Below, in pieces: positions 1 to 12,785 of a stretch of DNA of 64,000 bases; the stretch's first letter is position 1; every line of letters begins with the position of its first letter. Source of the stretch: Stegostoma tigrinum (taxonomy: Eukaryota). The DNA lies in contig NC_081394.1 of the NCBI RefSeq assembly GCF_030684315.1, positions 7,112,658 to 7,176,657 of the forward strand. Reading direction: 5' to 3'. The notes under the pieces were generated by a model, which did not search any database, was not told the DNA's origin, and worked only from the letters and a program-made list of their open reading frames with translations. Both the position numbers and the translations under genes were made by a program.

Positions 1-3000
1 TGTACATTGTACCTGGGAATTTAGTGACATGCCACATAAAGCATTGACTGTATCAATTGGTATTGAAATTGTATTGTAAAGGAAGCTTGTCTCTGGTATT
101 GCAAAGATATTTTATTTATTGCGTTATTTTCTTTTCTTCTCCACTTTTCTGTGATTGTTTGCTTCGGCGATGCCTCAACAATAGTAATGCTGACCAACAC
201 ATCAACTGCAAATCCTCCAACTCCACCAAATTCAGACTCAAATGAGAACGATGAACAAACATCAGCTAAGCCTTCACCCAATTCTAGTGATGGGGGGTGT
301 GGGGGGGCTGGTGTGGGAGTTCAAACTAAAAGGGAAACAGAGTTGGGGTCAGGTCTGTTCCAGTCAGTGATCATTGCTAGGTTAAGACAGCTAGGTTTTT
401 TGAAGGAGCAAGGCAAAGGTTTATTGCTTTCCAGCCCTTTTAAACTGTCTTAACAAATGTATGCTTTCTTTATATATTAACGTGGTCTACAAGATTCCAT
501 CTTGGACTGCGCATTGATCTGTCCAGCAGAACATGCATGAATATTGTTATGCCTTCCTAACTGGCTTGTAACAACTTTAACCCGTAATGAGATAAGGAGA
601 GCAGCAGGGGCAGTGTGGCGTCACTGTGGAAGTGGCCATTTGAATACAGTTGACATGGATATGCCAGGGAATGAATGCAAGTGCCTCAGCTGTGCAGTGA
701 AATGTCCACAGACGACTTGAATTGGTAGATTCAGGGAAAGTAACAGGGTACTGCAAGCCTAATGGGGAATCTTTGAAAGGGTTTTCTGCTGGGGAATGGA
801 ACAAACTAACAAAGTCAATGAAGCAATGTCCAATACAATGGAGGCAGAGTGAAAAGGACACAACAACCTTAAAAATCAAGGAAATTAAGTGCACTGCCAA
901 CAAGATACCACACAACATGCATAGAGTTGACATTATGGAATAGTTCGTAGTGTTGGTAATGTTCAGAAGCCTGGAACAGAAGACCAGAGTTTGGCTCCCA
1001 TCTGCTCTGCTCCAGATATGTGCCATATTACTTCTGAAATTGTTGCTTAAAATGATAATGTCCTTATGGTACAGGGGTCTAGCTCGAGGGCTGGAAGTCT
1101 AGGTTCGAGTCCTGCCCCTGTGTATCTGATGAGACTTGGAAACATCTACAGCAAAAATTGTTCTATTGATGTCAGCCTGAACTTTGCTTTTATGTCTCAA
1201 CATTTTCTTTCATTCCCTTAAGAAGAGCACAAGTGAACTCTTAAAATCATCCTGTTGTTTGCAAGTTGATGAAATCTTGACCTGAACTCAAATAGTTTCC
1301 ACTCATCTCTAATTTGTTCCTTTTGATTTTGTTTTCACTCATAATATCAAATAATACTGGAGTTTTGTTTGTTATCAAGAAAGGAGATGTAGCCCCTGAA
1401 GGGTAAGGGGTAGCCCCGAAGGGACCACAGTTGTTTCTCTATTTCATAGAGGGAAATAATCAGAAATGAGAAGCACCACTCCACATCGATGTGTGGGTGA
1501 AGGCTGGGAGGCAGAGCTGGCTGAACCAGCACAGCCAGGACGGGGATTGAACCAGTGCTGTTGGTATCAGTCTGCACTGCAATCCAGCCACAAACTGGTT
1601 TATCTGTAAAAGACACGCTGATTCTCTCAGAACCACAATGGCCTGAACTTCCCTGGTCAGAGACCTGATGCATGATGAGAGATGTTATTGGCATTCACCA
1701 GCACAGATCTTCTGACACATGAGAATTGTGCAGGTCATTTAAACATCAAATGAAGACAAGCTGCAGGTCCTTGCCAAAGAGATTCTAAATGAGAGTCAGA
1801 GACATCGAAATGTAACAGCTGGATACTAATGCTAGATGATAAAAATAAGCTTGTTTCACTATTGTTTCATGACTGACAGCCTGGTCACTCATACAGAATA
1901 CTTCAGCCCCAATACTCTTCTTGACCCCACAGCAATTCCCACCCCTTGCCACCCTGAGCTCCCAACGCCCTCTACTGTTAACCTGATACTGCAGTTGATC
2001 TCCATCATATCTGCAGAAGTCCAGACTGCACCCTTTCAAACTGAAACATCATTGTAAGGCCCAACCATCTTTCCAGTGAGACATGACTTGCCCCACAGCC
2101 TAACTGACTAACTCTAGGTCGAGCTAATTAGCGCCAGACTTAACCAAGTCCTAACTATACTGTCACCTCACCTACCTGTCTATTGACCTATGTTGTCACT
2201 TAACACTCAAACTTGCCACCCACCTGCCCCTTGATCTTCCTACCAACTCACCCCATCTAAACATGTACTAACTCACTCACCTGCCAGCCTACCAGCCCTA
2301 TCCAAGCACACATTCACTCATTGAAACCTTATAATGCAGATATAGACCCTCCAAATGGCATGCCCTCTTGAAAACCCAAGTTGAAACTGCCTGTTCTACA
2401 TTTCTAGGCAATTGTGTTCCGCAGGCTAAATACTTGTGATTGAAAAATCTTCTTGCGTCACTCTTGCTTCTTTTGCTCATTATTTCGAAACAAAAATATT
2501 TATTTGATATATATTATATGGGGTCAATTTTCACTGTTATCAAATGTAACCTTATAAAAGTTATGAATAAAGTATATAGTGAACGATTGATTCTTATCCA
2601 AAATATGAACATTTTGAATGTAAGACATTTGAGAATTGGGAAATGATGGATTTCAGTGATTCTTAGGGTGAGGTGGGAGTGGGATTTAGCGAATCTGACC
2701 TCAAACAGCAGAGTTTTGGATCAATTGACATTGATGGGATATGGACAGAGGATAAGTGGCCAGTATTGAGAAAGAAAAACAGAGACAGGAGCTAAGAGAA
2801 TTTTGATTTGACTGTAATAGCCTAAGTAGAATGAACAGGTGATCACTTTCAGAGAAACGGGCTTGAAAGGGAGGCCAAAAGGAAATCTGTCAAACTTTGC
2901 ATAATACTCAACTATTACAGGCTGCAATACTAAATGTGGAGTTAATCTTTTTCAATGCAGGGAATCAGAATTGTGAATAGAGAAATACAGCACAAAGAGA

Positions 3001-3275
3001 AACACTAACGTTGGGGTCCCTGGTAAAGCTAAAGAGGGGAGAAATCTATAACATTAATAATTGAATCAACAATATTGAATTTACTCAGTATAGTTATATG
3101 TTATTGGAAAAAAGAAAGTGTTTATTGCTGTTCAGAACTTTTCAGCTTCATTCCTGAGATAGCCCCAAGCAATAGCTTCTGAACCGTGAAATGATTTATC
3201 CATCACACCACTTACATCTGAGACAAATCTGGTGAGGTAATGTGTTTGTTCAATTTCTTGTAAATATTCTCTGTG

Positions 3276-3320
3276 ATTGGGGCACAACAATGTCAGTGGA
3301 GATTTATTTGCGATATAAAG
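3276..3320 (+). promoter_or_regulatory. Putative core promoter of GPCR copy A (inverted CCAAT plus TATA box)
   Basis: ATTGG at 3276-3280 and TATAAA at 3314-3319, about 70 nt upstream of the ATG. Both are conserved in copy B. Confidence 0.5.
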
Positions 3321-3387
3321 ACCTATCAGAATGAATCTTGTCAGAGTTTTGAATGCAAAGCAAGAGAGATCACTGTCTTTCACTGAA

Positions 3388-5932
3388 ATGGATGAATCTC
3401 TACTATTGCAGATAAAACACATTTATTACCCTTTAATTTCAGCTGTTGGAGTTCCAGGTAAGAGATTATCACATTTGATAATAATGTAAAACAATTGTTT
3501 GCTCTTCCAGGCATTGTTTGAATGTGTTAGACAGCTACCTACTCTGGTTCTAGTCGGCGTACGATAACTTGTTTGTTGCTGCATCAGTTTTGACAGTACA
3601 GTGTAATATCTGAATTGATCTTTCCTGATCGAAAGCTGGTATTACTACAGAGTCATTCTGTTTCCTGTATGTACTGCAATTGGATGTCTGTGTTAAGAAC
3701 AGGAATCGGAAAGTCAGGAAGTGTTAACAATTTCATTTTGTGGGATTAACTTGTCGGGTAATTTTTTTAAATAAACATTCATTTAGAGATTGATGATGTA
3801 CCATGTGTTGCATGGATTTCCCAAAACTCTCATTGTCTGCAATAAAGTGCTTTGATAACTGAACCTTCTGCTGTTCATGATGGAGAAGGCGATCATGAGG
3901 CATTGTCTAGCTTGACATTTGATTGCAGAAATTCTGGGAAAATGTAGAAATATTTCACTAATTCGAAGGGAGAGGCCTGTCCTGATTTGTGGAGCTGCAG
4001 TGATAGATAACATTTCCATCACCCTTGATCATGAATTTTTTGAAGATTGTGGAGGTTGTGAATTATGTTGCAAGATTCACAGACCCGAGTGTGTAAGGGT
4101 TCAGAGCAAAGGGTGTAAAAATCCAGAGCTCCCATTCAAGGGAAAGATTATGAGGTGGATCCACAAAATTTGATTTTAATGAGAGATGATGATGGTGATG
4201 TTGAAAAATGAAAACCGAAGGATACATACTAGAGCGGGTGATAAGCGAATAGACGTTTTGCACAGTTCCTGTTACTTTAAAACAAATGAGTGCTGTGAAT
4301 TGGCTCACAGCACACAATGTCTCTACTGACAGCTCAGATTAAGGAGGTCCCAACTGATATATGCAGCCCAGGATGAAGGGGAGGAGATATACCAGCTCTG
4401 TGAAATGCGACATTGTGTCAAAGAATGCAAACATGGAACACTATTTAATTTGCATCTGCGCTTTGACATGAATGGGAGGAAAGGAAAGGAGCTAGAATTA
4501 CACCTGAGAGAAGTTGGAATCTTGACAGACATTATGTCTCTAATTGGTTGGCTATATGCTGAGTGGTCTGCCTTTAACTTAGAGGAATTTTCCATGAATT
4601 CATGTTTAATTTATGTCAACTTTGCTTAGACTGTTAGTGTACAAGTTATAAAAAGGAAACCTTGTCTCCTCGCCTTGTATTTTTTTAGGCGTTTTTTTTT
4701 GTTTTTGTTTCTTGGCAACAGAAAACATTTGAAAATTCAAGGACAGGGAGTTTATTGGGAGGATATCTTGAAGATACTTTAGATTTTTTTTCATTCCATG
4801 GCAGCACAGTTTAAGTGAAAAGTGTGCAGGAACAGGTGGAAACTTGAATTATCTGGAGAAACTCAACAATATTAACCGAGTCTTCACTGTGTTGGCTATG
4901 TTTCAATATTGAGCTGGTGAATAGGGTGCAGGATGGGAAGAATTCTTTAAAAATAATTAAATGTGCAGCTGCTGATTTAACCTCTTCTCTCTCTCCTTCA
5001 CTCTGCTAGTAAACCTGGTGGCTATTGTGATCCTTTACCGAGGAAAGTGTGGCCTCTCGCAATGTATCACTTCCTACCTATTAGGAATGGCAGCCTCTGA
5101 TCTTCTTGTCGTGATCACTGATCCTTTATTGAGGTGGTCAGCCTCAATTTATTTTGCAAATTCCTTCATATTCATTACTCCTGTGTGCATTGTCATTTAT
5201 TTTTCGGCTGTGGCAGCCACTGTTGTTTCTGTGTGGCTCACAGTTGCTTTCACTGTGGATCGATTTGTGGCCATTTGTTGTGAGAAGCTGAAAACAAAAT
5301 ATTGCACCAAGAAAACTGCAACTGTGGTGATAGCAACAGTGAGCTTGCTGGGCTGTTTGGAGTCTGTCCCATGGTGCTTTGTAAAGGAACCAGAATATGT
5401 AATTAATAATGTTCCCTGGAATTGTGTAACAAAACAGAGCTTCCATACATCCCCTGGATGGGCTGCACTAGAAATGATTCATTACATTTTAACACCTTGC
5501 ATCCCTTTCTTTTTAATTTTTGTATTCAACGTTTTAACAGTCAGACATATTTCTGTGGCAAGTAAAGTACGAAGAGGACTTCGGAGCAAAAGCTACACAG
5601 ATGAACACAACGATCCAGAGATGAAGAGTCGCAGAAAATCAGTTATTTTACTCTTAAGCATTTCTGGCAGTTTCATCCTGTTATGGGTGTTACACATAGC
5701 GCATATCATCTACCGGCGAATTGCAGACATGCTAACATATTACACATACACTGACCCTAACTTCACCATATACCGCATCTCAAAGATGTTGCAAGTACTC
5801 AGCACCTGCACGAACACGGGTATTTATGTTGTAACCCAGAGTAAATTCAGAGAGGAGCTGAAGAATGGGGTGAAATACCCATTCAATCTCATTGTTAAAC
5901 ATCTGTCAACAGTCACACAGAAACACCTGTAA
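3388..5932 (+). CDS. Class A (rhodopsin-like) GPCR, GPR139/GPR142-like, copy A; exons 3388-3457 and 5010-5932; 330 aa
   Basis: Exon 1 encodes MDESLLLQIKHIYYPLISAVGVP+G and ends at CAG|gtaag. The phase-1 intron ends in a pyrimidine tract plus ctag|. Exon 2 continues V-N-L-V into ORF 5018..5932. Seven hydrophobic segments with TM1 GxxxN (GVPVN), TM2 AASDLL, TM3 DRF, TM5 PCIPF, TM6 FILLW and TM7 STCTNTGIY. No stops or frameshifts. Confidence 0.9.
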
Positions 5933-6034
5933 CATTCTCAATTTTTTTGTCCCTCTCAGCATCAAACAGTCTCGACCAATACATGAATAATTTCTCTCGG
6001 TCGGAACCTCTCTGCACTGTGCACTGTGTATATG

Positions 6035-6164
6035 NNNNNNNNNNNNNNNNNNNNNNNNNNNNNNNNNNNNNNNNNNNNNNNNNNNNNNNNNNNNNNNNNN
6101 NNNNNNNNNNNNNNNNNNNNNNNNNNNNNNNNNNNNNNNNNNNNNNNNNNNNNNNNNNNNNNNN
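6035..6164. other. Assembly gap (N run)
   Basis: Run of Ns. The paralogous position in unit B holds (CA)n microsatellites. Confidence 0.98.
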
Positions 6165-7595
6165 TATAAACACAGAAAGTAGGATTGGGGGTAGTGCATT
6201 CAGTGCTTCAAGCCCACTCTGCCATTCATCATCATTATGACTGCTCGTCAAGCTCAGTCCCCTGTGCCTGCTTTCTTCCCCATAGCACTTCTCCACAGTG
6301 TTGAAGAGATCTCTCTTTAATATCTTTAAAGTTCTATCTTTAAATCTATCCTCTTCCTGAAAACAGTCGATGTTTTCTTCTTGACAGTTTTCTGTGGCAA
6401 AGTACTCCACAGGCTTACCTATTACCTGGTTGAAGAAATTGCTCCTCATCTCAAAATGAAATTATGAAGGAAATGAGTAAAGTAAAGAGAATGCCCACGG
6501 AATATACTTATATTGAAAATTAAAGACAATGCCAAGATGTCTCCTCAACATAAATGACCAAGTCTTCCAGTTTTAAGATTGTTAGATAGGGCGTGGGCCA
6601 CAGGTAGGAATTGGGATCCTGTGGGCACTCCTGATATTCATTTGGGGATCACTGCTGCTGCTGAGCAGATCCAGGTGATTGTCCCAAATCTTCTCACCTC
6701 GGGATCATTAGAAATCAGATCCATGGCTGAAAATTTGAATTGGATGACATTGGAATCATTTTCTGTCTCTCGGTCAATTTTTGAGAAGGCTGAAAAACAG
6801 CTGGTTGCTGCTTTTTTGTCACATCTCCTTTAAAACAATTGATTCAACCAAAGCTCAGAGAGTTCCTAAGTTCAATCACTGGTCTTGCCATTGTCCTTCT
6901 CTTTCCCCAAACTGCTCAAACACGGCATTGCTTCCTTTTCCCCTGCTGACACTCTCCATTTAAAAAGCAGGGAGATGCGTAGGGTTTGGCGAGGGATACT
7001 AAATGGTCCCCTAGAATTCCCTACTTTGGGAATACATTGACATTGGTCTTGAGTAGGACCACATCTAATTTCTGACTTGTTCCCCCGTTGGCTTCTGCTG
7101 TTGCTGATGTCTGATTTGGTTGTAAACTGGAAAAAGAGAGGCAGACCCTTGCGAAGGGAGTATGGAGAGTCTGTTCAGGCAGACAGCGAGAGAACAGGAG
7201 GACAGCCAGAGATTCAAGTACATAGTAGAAGCCCCTGATGCAGAAAGAGAGATAAAGAGCGATAGAAAGAAAAAGAAACACATAGCAGAACCAGTAAGGT
7301 AGAAGGGTGAAGAGGGATACCAGGCACAGAGACTGATAACGAGATGAAGACATATTGACTGATTTAGAGAGATGGAAAGGCAGACAAACAGACAGCGAGG
7401 GATAGAAAGGCAAAGAGACAGATAAAGTGAGATCAAAGCACATAGGCTGATAGAGAGGAAGAAAGAAAGATGGTTAAAGAGAAATAGGAAGGCAGAGAAA
7501 CAGAAAAGAGAAATAGAAAAGCAGAGAGTCTCAGCAGGAGAGACAGAATGTCAGAGAGCCTGCTAAAGAGATAGAAAAGGCAGAGACAAGTAAAG

Positions 7596-7780
7596 AGATA
7601 AAAATGTGTGGAGCTGGAGGAACACAGCAGGCCAGGCAGCATCAGAAGAATTGGAAAGTTGACGTTTCAGGTCAGGACCCTTGTTCAGGTCCTACTCCTC
7701 TGATGCTGCCTGGCCTGCTGTGTTCCTCCAGCTCCACACTGTGTTATCTCTGATTCTAACATCTGCAGTTCTTAATATCT
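7596..7780. mobile_element. Short palindromic Penelope-derived element (paralog at ~21556-21740)
   Basis: Arm gtgtggagctggaggaacacagcaggccaggcagcatcaga is followed by its reverse complement. Similar to the termini of the 33-35 kb Penelope element. Confidence 0.75.
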
Positions 7781-9268
7781 ATAAGAGATAAGAATGTATG
7801 GGATTGGCGAAGAGGGATAGAAAGGTATAGAGACAGATAAAGATAGAAATACAGAGATATAGATAAATAGTCAGATAAATGTAGAGACAGGGAATACACA
7901 ATATAATGGGATGCACAGAGAGAGAGAGATAGACAGAGAAGGCAAAAGCAGAAGTTGCTGAAGGGATGGAGAAACTTCTCAAACTTGCTTCTCTCCTGTT
8001 TTGGAAGTGCTTAAACACCGCGCTTTGTTGGCGACCGGACACACTACATGGGCAGCAGCGTCACCTCAACATCAACCCACAAAGGTGCATACATTAACAC
8101 AGAATCAAGCCCAATGTGAACATTGAGAAATGAGCAGTGATTAGCAATCGGACGTGTTGTTGGAATTTTCGCATTGTCTCTGTCTCTCTCTCTCTCTCTC
8201 TGTGTAACTCACTGTCTCTCTTTCTCTCTCTGTGTGCTCACTATTTTTCACTCTCTGTCTGTGTAACTCAATCTCACTCTCTCCCTCTCCATGTAACTCA
8301 CTGTCTTTCACAGTTGTGTCTGGAGACTTTCTTCCTAACTCAGTGTTTTCGATAGATTCCTCTTTTAAAAGTAAAAACCCTGCTGGGCCCAGAGGAGGCA
8401 GGTAGGAAACAGAACTCAGGCCGTTCAGCCCATCGAGGTGGTACCTACCATTCCCCAAGGATCACATGCTGATCTGATGATCACAGGCTCTGGGATTTCT
8501 CACCCTGTCCTATCAGTTGTTGTCATGGTGATGTGGTTGTCAATGGGGACCAAATTCTAACAAACCCCTCACGGGCAAAAGGTGTCACGCTCCTGTTTTT
8601 GGCAAGATTCAGATGCAGGCCAGAACAAAATAAATAAAGTAAAAGCAAGCAACATCCATTCCTAACCTCCTGTTGAGTGTTTTCATTCCACTGAGATGGT
8701 TCCTGTCATTTGGAATTGGGTCACACGCAGGTTTAAAGCCTATCGGCCACACTCTGTAATTAATAAATAAAACCATCACAGGTTCACTGACATCTGGGGC
8801 TTTCCTGACTAAATGGCAGGTCACTCACTTTAAAGGGTCACTCCGTGTCCTTTCGCTGCAGATGTTTGAGGCACCAGTTGAGGTATATTATGGCAAATTA
8901 TTGCAGGTGCTGGAATCTGCACTGAAAACAACAAATGCTTGAGATCACAGCAGGTCAGGCATGGAGAGAGGATGAGCTGATGTTTTGAGTCTAGATGACA
9001 TTTCTTCAGAGCTGGTGAAGTGCGGAGGGTACAACATTTATGCTGTGGCTGGGGGATCGAGTCAGAGTGCTGGGGGAGAAAGGATGCTGATAGTTCAGAT
9101 TAAGAGATCAGAATGTGGGAATGGCAGAATAATGGCTTGTCCAACTACCAGGGTGGAAAGAACTGACAGTTCCACTGAGGTGGGGGAATGGGGAAAGAGG
9201 ACATGATGACAGCGAATGCAACAAGTGAAGCGAAAAGAAAAGGTAGAAATGGGAGGTGGCTCACAATT

Positions 9269-9620
9269 TGAAGGTGGGGCAGCACAGTGGCTCAGTGGTT
9301 GGCACCGCTGCCTCACATCGCCAGGGACCCAGCAGCAATTCCACCCTCAGATAACTGTCTGTGTGGAGTTTGCACGTTCTCCCCATGTCTGCGTGCATTT
9401 CTGCCAGATGCTCAAAGATGAGCAGGCGAGGCAGATTGGCGACGCTCACTTACTCATAGTATCCAGAATTGTGTAAATTAGTTGGATGACCCATGGGAAA
9501 TGCATGGGTTGCAGGGAAAATCTGGAGGGATGGGGATGGATCTGGGTGAGATGCTGTATTGAGGGGTGATGTGGACTTGTGGGCCAAATGGCCTCCTTTT
9601 CTACACTGCAAGGGATTCCA
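9269..9620 (+). mobile_element. tRNA-derived SINE (HE1-like), degenerate; paralog at ~24669-25010
   Basis: A-box TGGCTCAGTGG, body gtctgtgtggagtttgcacgttctcccc, and CR1-like tail ggccaaatggcct...acactgcaagggattc. Confidence 0.75.
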
Positions 9621-9809
9621 TATAAAGTCCAGAAGTTGTAAAGTGTGTGTATGAAGAAGAGATGTTGTTCATCCAGTTTTCAGCGAAGGTTTGTAACATC
9701 AGACTTTCCAAGTTTCTCTCCCTCTGCTTGCGAGTTTATGATTGGTAGGCCAAGAGAGAGAGATAAAGAGAGACAGAAAAAGAGAGAGTGGACTGTTGGT
9801 TGAAGTCAG

Positions 9810-10127
9810 GTGTGACCAATAGAGAGAGTGGGACAGTGACTGAAGGCCGGTGTGACCAATAGAGAGAGTGGGCCAGTGACTAAAGTTCCGTGTGACCAAT
9901 AGAGAGAGGGGCCCGGTGACTGAAGGCCGGTGTGACCAATAGAGATAGGGGCCCGGTGACTGAAGGCCGGCGTGACCAATAGAGAGATTGGGCCAGTGAC
10001 TGAAGGCCCGTGTGACCATTAGAGAGAGGGGCCCGGTGACTAAAGGCCGGCGTAACCAATAGAGAGAGGGGCCCGGTGACTGAAGGCCGGTGTGACCAAT
10101 AGAGAGTGTGACCGGTGACTGAAGGCG
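9810..10127 (+). repeat. 40-bp minisatellite (8 units) with a CCAAT box per unit
   Basis: Unit gtgtgaccaatagagagaggggcccggtgactgaaggccg; the tgtgaccaat-type word recurs at 9811, 9851 ... 10091. Confidence 0.95.
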
Positions 10128-11139
10128 GGTCCAAACTAAACAGAGCGTCGGTGTGCAGGTGGCGAAAGGCAAGTTCAAGTCCCACCTGATCCACAGGTGT
10201 GTCATAACCTGTCTCGACAGGCAGTTAAAGTTACTTTAACAGGTAATCTGTGGAAATGCTGTAATTGAGCAGAGTTGAAGCACAAGTTGAACTTGAAACT
10301 TACCACTGTATTCATTCACTGGACATGGACATCACAAGCTGGGCCCAGCATTTATGACCCATCTCTAGTTGCATTATTCCTTGTTCCATAGTTACATTGA
10401 GAAGGTAATGAAGAGCTGCATCCTTGAACCACTGCAGGCCACTTGCTGTAGATTGATCTAAAATGCCATTCGGGAAAAAATTTCATCATTTTGGTCCAGC
10501 AACACTGAAGGAAAGGCGATATATTTTTGAATCAGGATGGTATTTCGAAAGGCAAACTGCATTTCTCTCTGCACAGATGCTGCCAGACCTGTTAAGATTC
10601 TCCGGTGGTCTGTCGCAGGTGTTTGGAGATCGTCACGATTCATTTTGACTTCTTTCACTATTGACAATGAACATCAAAATCGAAAATATTCTGCCCAACA
10701 TTAATTGATAAACAGAGATGGAGGGAACTGCAGATGCTGGAGATTAACTGATAAACACACTGCTTTAATGCCTCTACGTCACTGCTACAGAAGTTGTAAA
10801 CCCCGTTCTTCCTGTTTGCTTTCATCGGATTGGATTTGAATTTGGATTTGGATTTGGACTCGGGTACAGGAATATAGTGAAAGATGTACAAAGTCGCTGT
10901 CCTCCAATGACATCTTACTACACAAAGAACAGGATGAATAAACAGAGACAGAAATAAAAGTCACATAAACTGGACTTTACAGAGTGGTATTGGAAATCAC
11001 AGATTCCTCACATTGAACATTCACACAGCAGGGTCCTGTCATAATATGTGAAGGCTCCGAGACTAATTTCTGGGATGGGTGAGGACGGGGGCCAGTGTTA
11101 CATTGACACAATTGCTACATTGTCCTTCAGAGTGAGAGG

Positions 11140-11790
11140 ATTGGAGGACAGGAGCAGGGATATCTTGCTGCAATTGTACAGGGCCTTGGTGAGACCACAT
11201 TTGGAGTACTGTGTGCAGCTTTGACTTCCTTATCTGAGGAAGAATGTTCTGGCAATGGAGGGAGCGCAACAAAGATTTATCAGAGTGATTCCTGGAGTGG
11301 CAGGGCTGACTTATTAGGAGTGATTAGATCAGCTAGGATTATATTGACTGGAGTTAGAAGACTGTGATTTATAGGAGGTGGCTGAATGGGTTGGGACCTC
11401 TTTTCCTCTGGATCGTTAGATGCTGAGGGGTCAAATTGTAAAGGTTTATAAAATCATGAGGTGCATGGACAAGCTGAATAGCCAATGGCTTTTTCCGAGG
11501 ACTGGGGGAATTCAGAACTGGAGGACATAGCTTTAAGTTGAGAGGGGAAAGACTTAAAAGGGATCTGAGGGGCAACTTTTTCACACAGAAGGTCATGCGT
11601 GTATTGAATGAGCTCCAGAGGAAGTGGTGAAGGCTGGTACAGTTACAGCATTTAAAAAGCATCTGGATGGGGACATGGATCGGAAGGGTTTAGATGGGTA
11701 TGGGCCAAATGCTGGCAAGTGGGACTCGTCAGATTAGGGTGAGTATTCAGCGTGGGTGGATTGGAGAGAAGGGCCTGTTTCCATGCTGTG
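11140..11790 (+). mobile_element. CR1-clade LINE 3' fragment (paralog at ~26380-27030)
   Basis: Decayed ORF2 C-terminus (YRALVRPHLEYCVQ motif near 11176), followed by a CR1-type 3' end (gggcctgtttccatgctgt). Confidence 0.75.
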
Positions 11791-11854
11791 TGGCCCAATC
11801 TCATTGAAAATCCAAACAGGATGAGAACAAATAGATACAGGAAAGATATTTTTG

Positions 11855-11957
11855 ATACACAAACAGAAATTGCTGAAAAATCTGAACAGGTCTGGCAGCA
11901 TTCGTTGAGAGAAATCACAGTCAACTTTTCAGGTCGAGTGATCCTTCCTCAGACCTG
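11855..11957 (-). mobile_element. Penelope terminal-repeat fragment, second family (paralog at ~27095-27196)
   Basis: acagaaattgctgaaaaa...ggtctggcagcat...gatccttcctcaga. The minus strand begins at CTGAGGA, as in the copies at 53.0-53.3 kb. Confidence 0.55.
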
Positions 11958-12477
11958 AGCATTTTGGGTGCAGGTGAGGAGAAATGCCTTCACCCAGAGA
12001 GTGATGACCCTGTGCAATTCTCTGCCATAGAAAGCAGTTGAGATCAAAACATGGAACGTTTTCAAGAAGGGGCTGTATATAGTTCTTAGGGCAACATTGG
12101 ATTAAAGGGAGGAAGTAGCAATAGGGAATTAATTTGGAAGATCAGATATGACCGCACTGCATGGTGGGATAACCAAGTCCCGTTCTTATAGTCAATGATT
12201 TTTCTATGAGGCAGGGTTGAGCAGATTGGTTTTATACACTCTGGTGTTTAAAAGATGATGTTATTACCTTATATAAGATCCGAACCAAGTGTGACAATGT
12301 AGATTCTGCGAGGATGCTTCCTCCCAGAAACTAGGGCAAGGGGGTGCAATTAAAAATGAGGGGACATCAATTGAAAACGTGGTCTTTCTCTGACATTCAC
12401 TCACCTTTGCACTTCTGTTCCCCAAAGCGCTAGGCCATTGAACATATTCAAGGTTGAGTCAGGTTTATGATTTAGGT

Positions 12478-12785
12478 CAGGACGGTGGCTCAGTGGTTAG
12501 CACAGCTGCCTCATAGTGCAGGGAACTGGGTTTGATTCCAGCCTCAGGCAACTGTCTGTGTGGAGTCTTCCGGGAGCTTGTGTGGGTACCCCCTCCCCCC
12601 AGGTACTCCTGTTTCCTCCCACAGCCCGAAGATGGGCAGGCTGGGTGGATTGCTAAATTGTCCACAGTGCCCAGGGATAAATAGGCTGGCCATGATAAAT
12701 CCAGGGTGGGCGTCTGCATGGGAGGGTCAGTGGGCTGGCCAACCTGATGGTCTAAATAGCCTCTTTCAACACTGTCAGGATTCTC
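12478..12785 (+). mobile_element. tRNA-derived SINE (HE1-like); paralog at ~27717-28022
   Basis: A-box TGGCTCAGTGG, B-box GGTTTGATTCC and conserved SINE body. Confidence 0.8.

Noticed and set aside
151-453. 100-aa low-complexity ORF (PPTPPNSDS...GGCGGAG)
   Set aside because: No ATG start, no recognisable domain and no convincing splice context.
500-2100. Possible very old DNA-transposon (Harbinger-like) remnants
   Set aside because: No diagnostic DDE motif or terminal inverted repeats could be read with confidence.
3331-3387. In-frame upstream ATG extending the GPCR by 19 aa (also in copy B)
   Set aside because: It lies only ~12 nt after the TATA box, so it is probably upstream of the transcription start. 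ATG 3388 is preferred, though not proven.
9810-10127. CRISPR-like regular array
   Set aside because: The units are contiguous repeats without unique spacers, in a eukaryotic context with no cas genes.
9699-10205. Repetitive ORFs over the minisatellites (also 15151-15540 and 29359-30061)
   Set aside because: Open frames are a by-product of tandem repeats whose unit lengths are not multiples of 3.
12478-12545. tRNA gene
   Set aside because: The A and B boxes belong to SINE heads that continue into SINE bodies, and no cloverleaf is evident.
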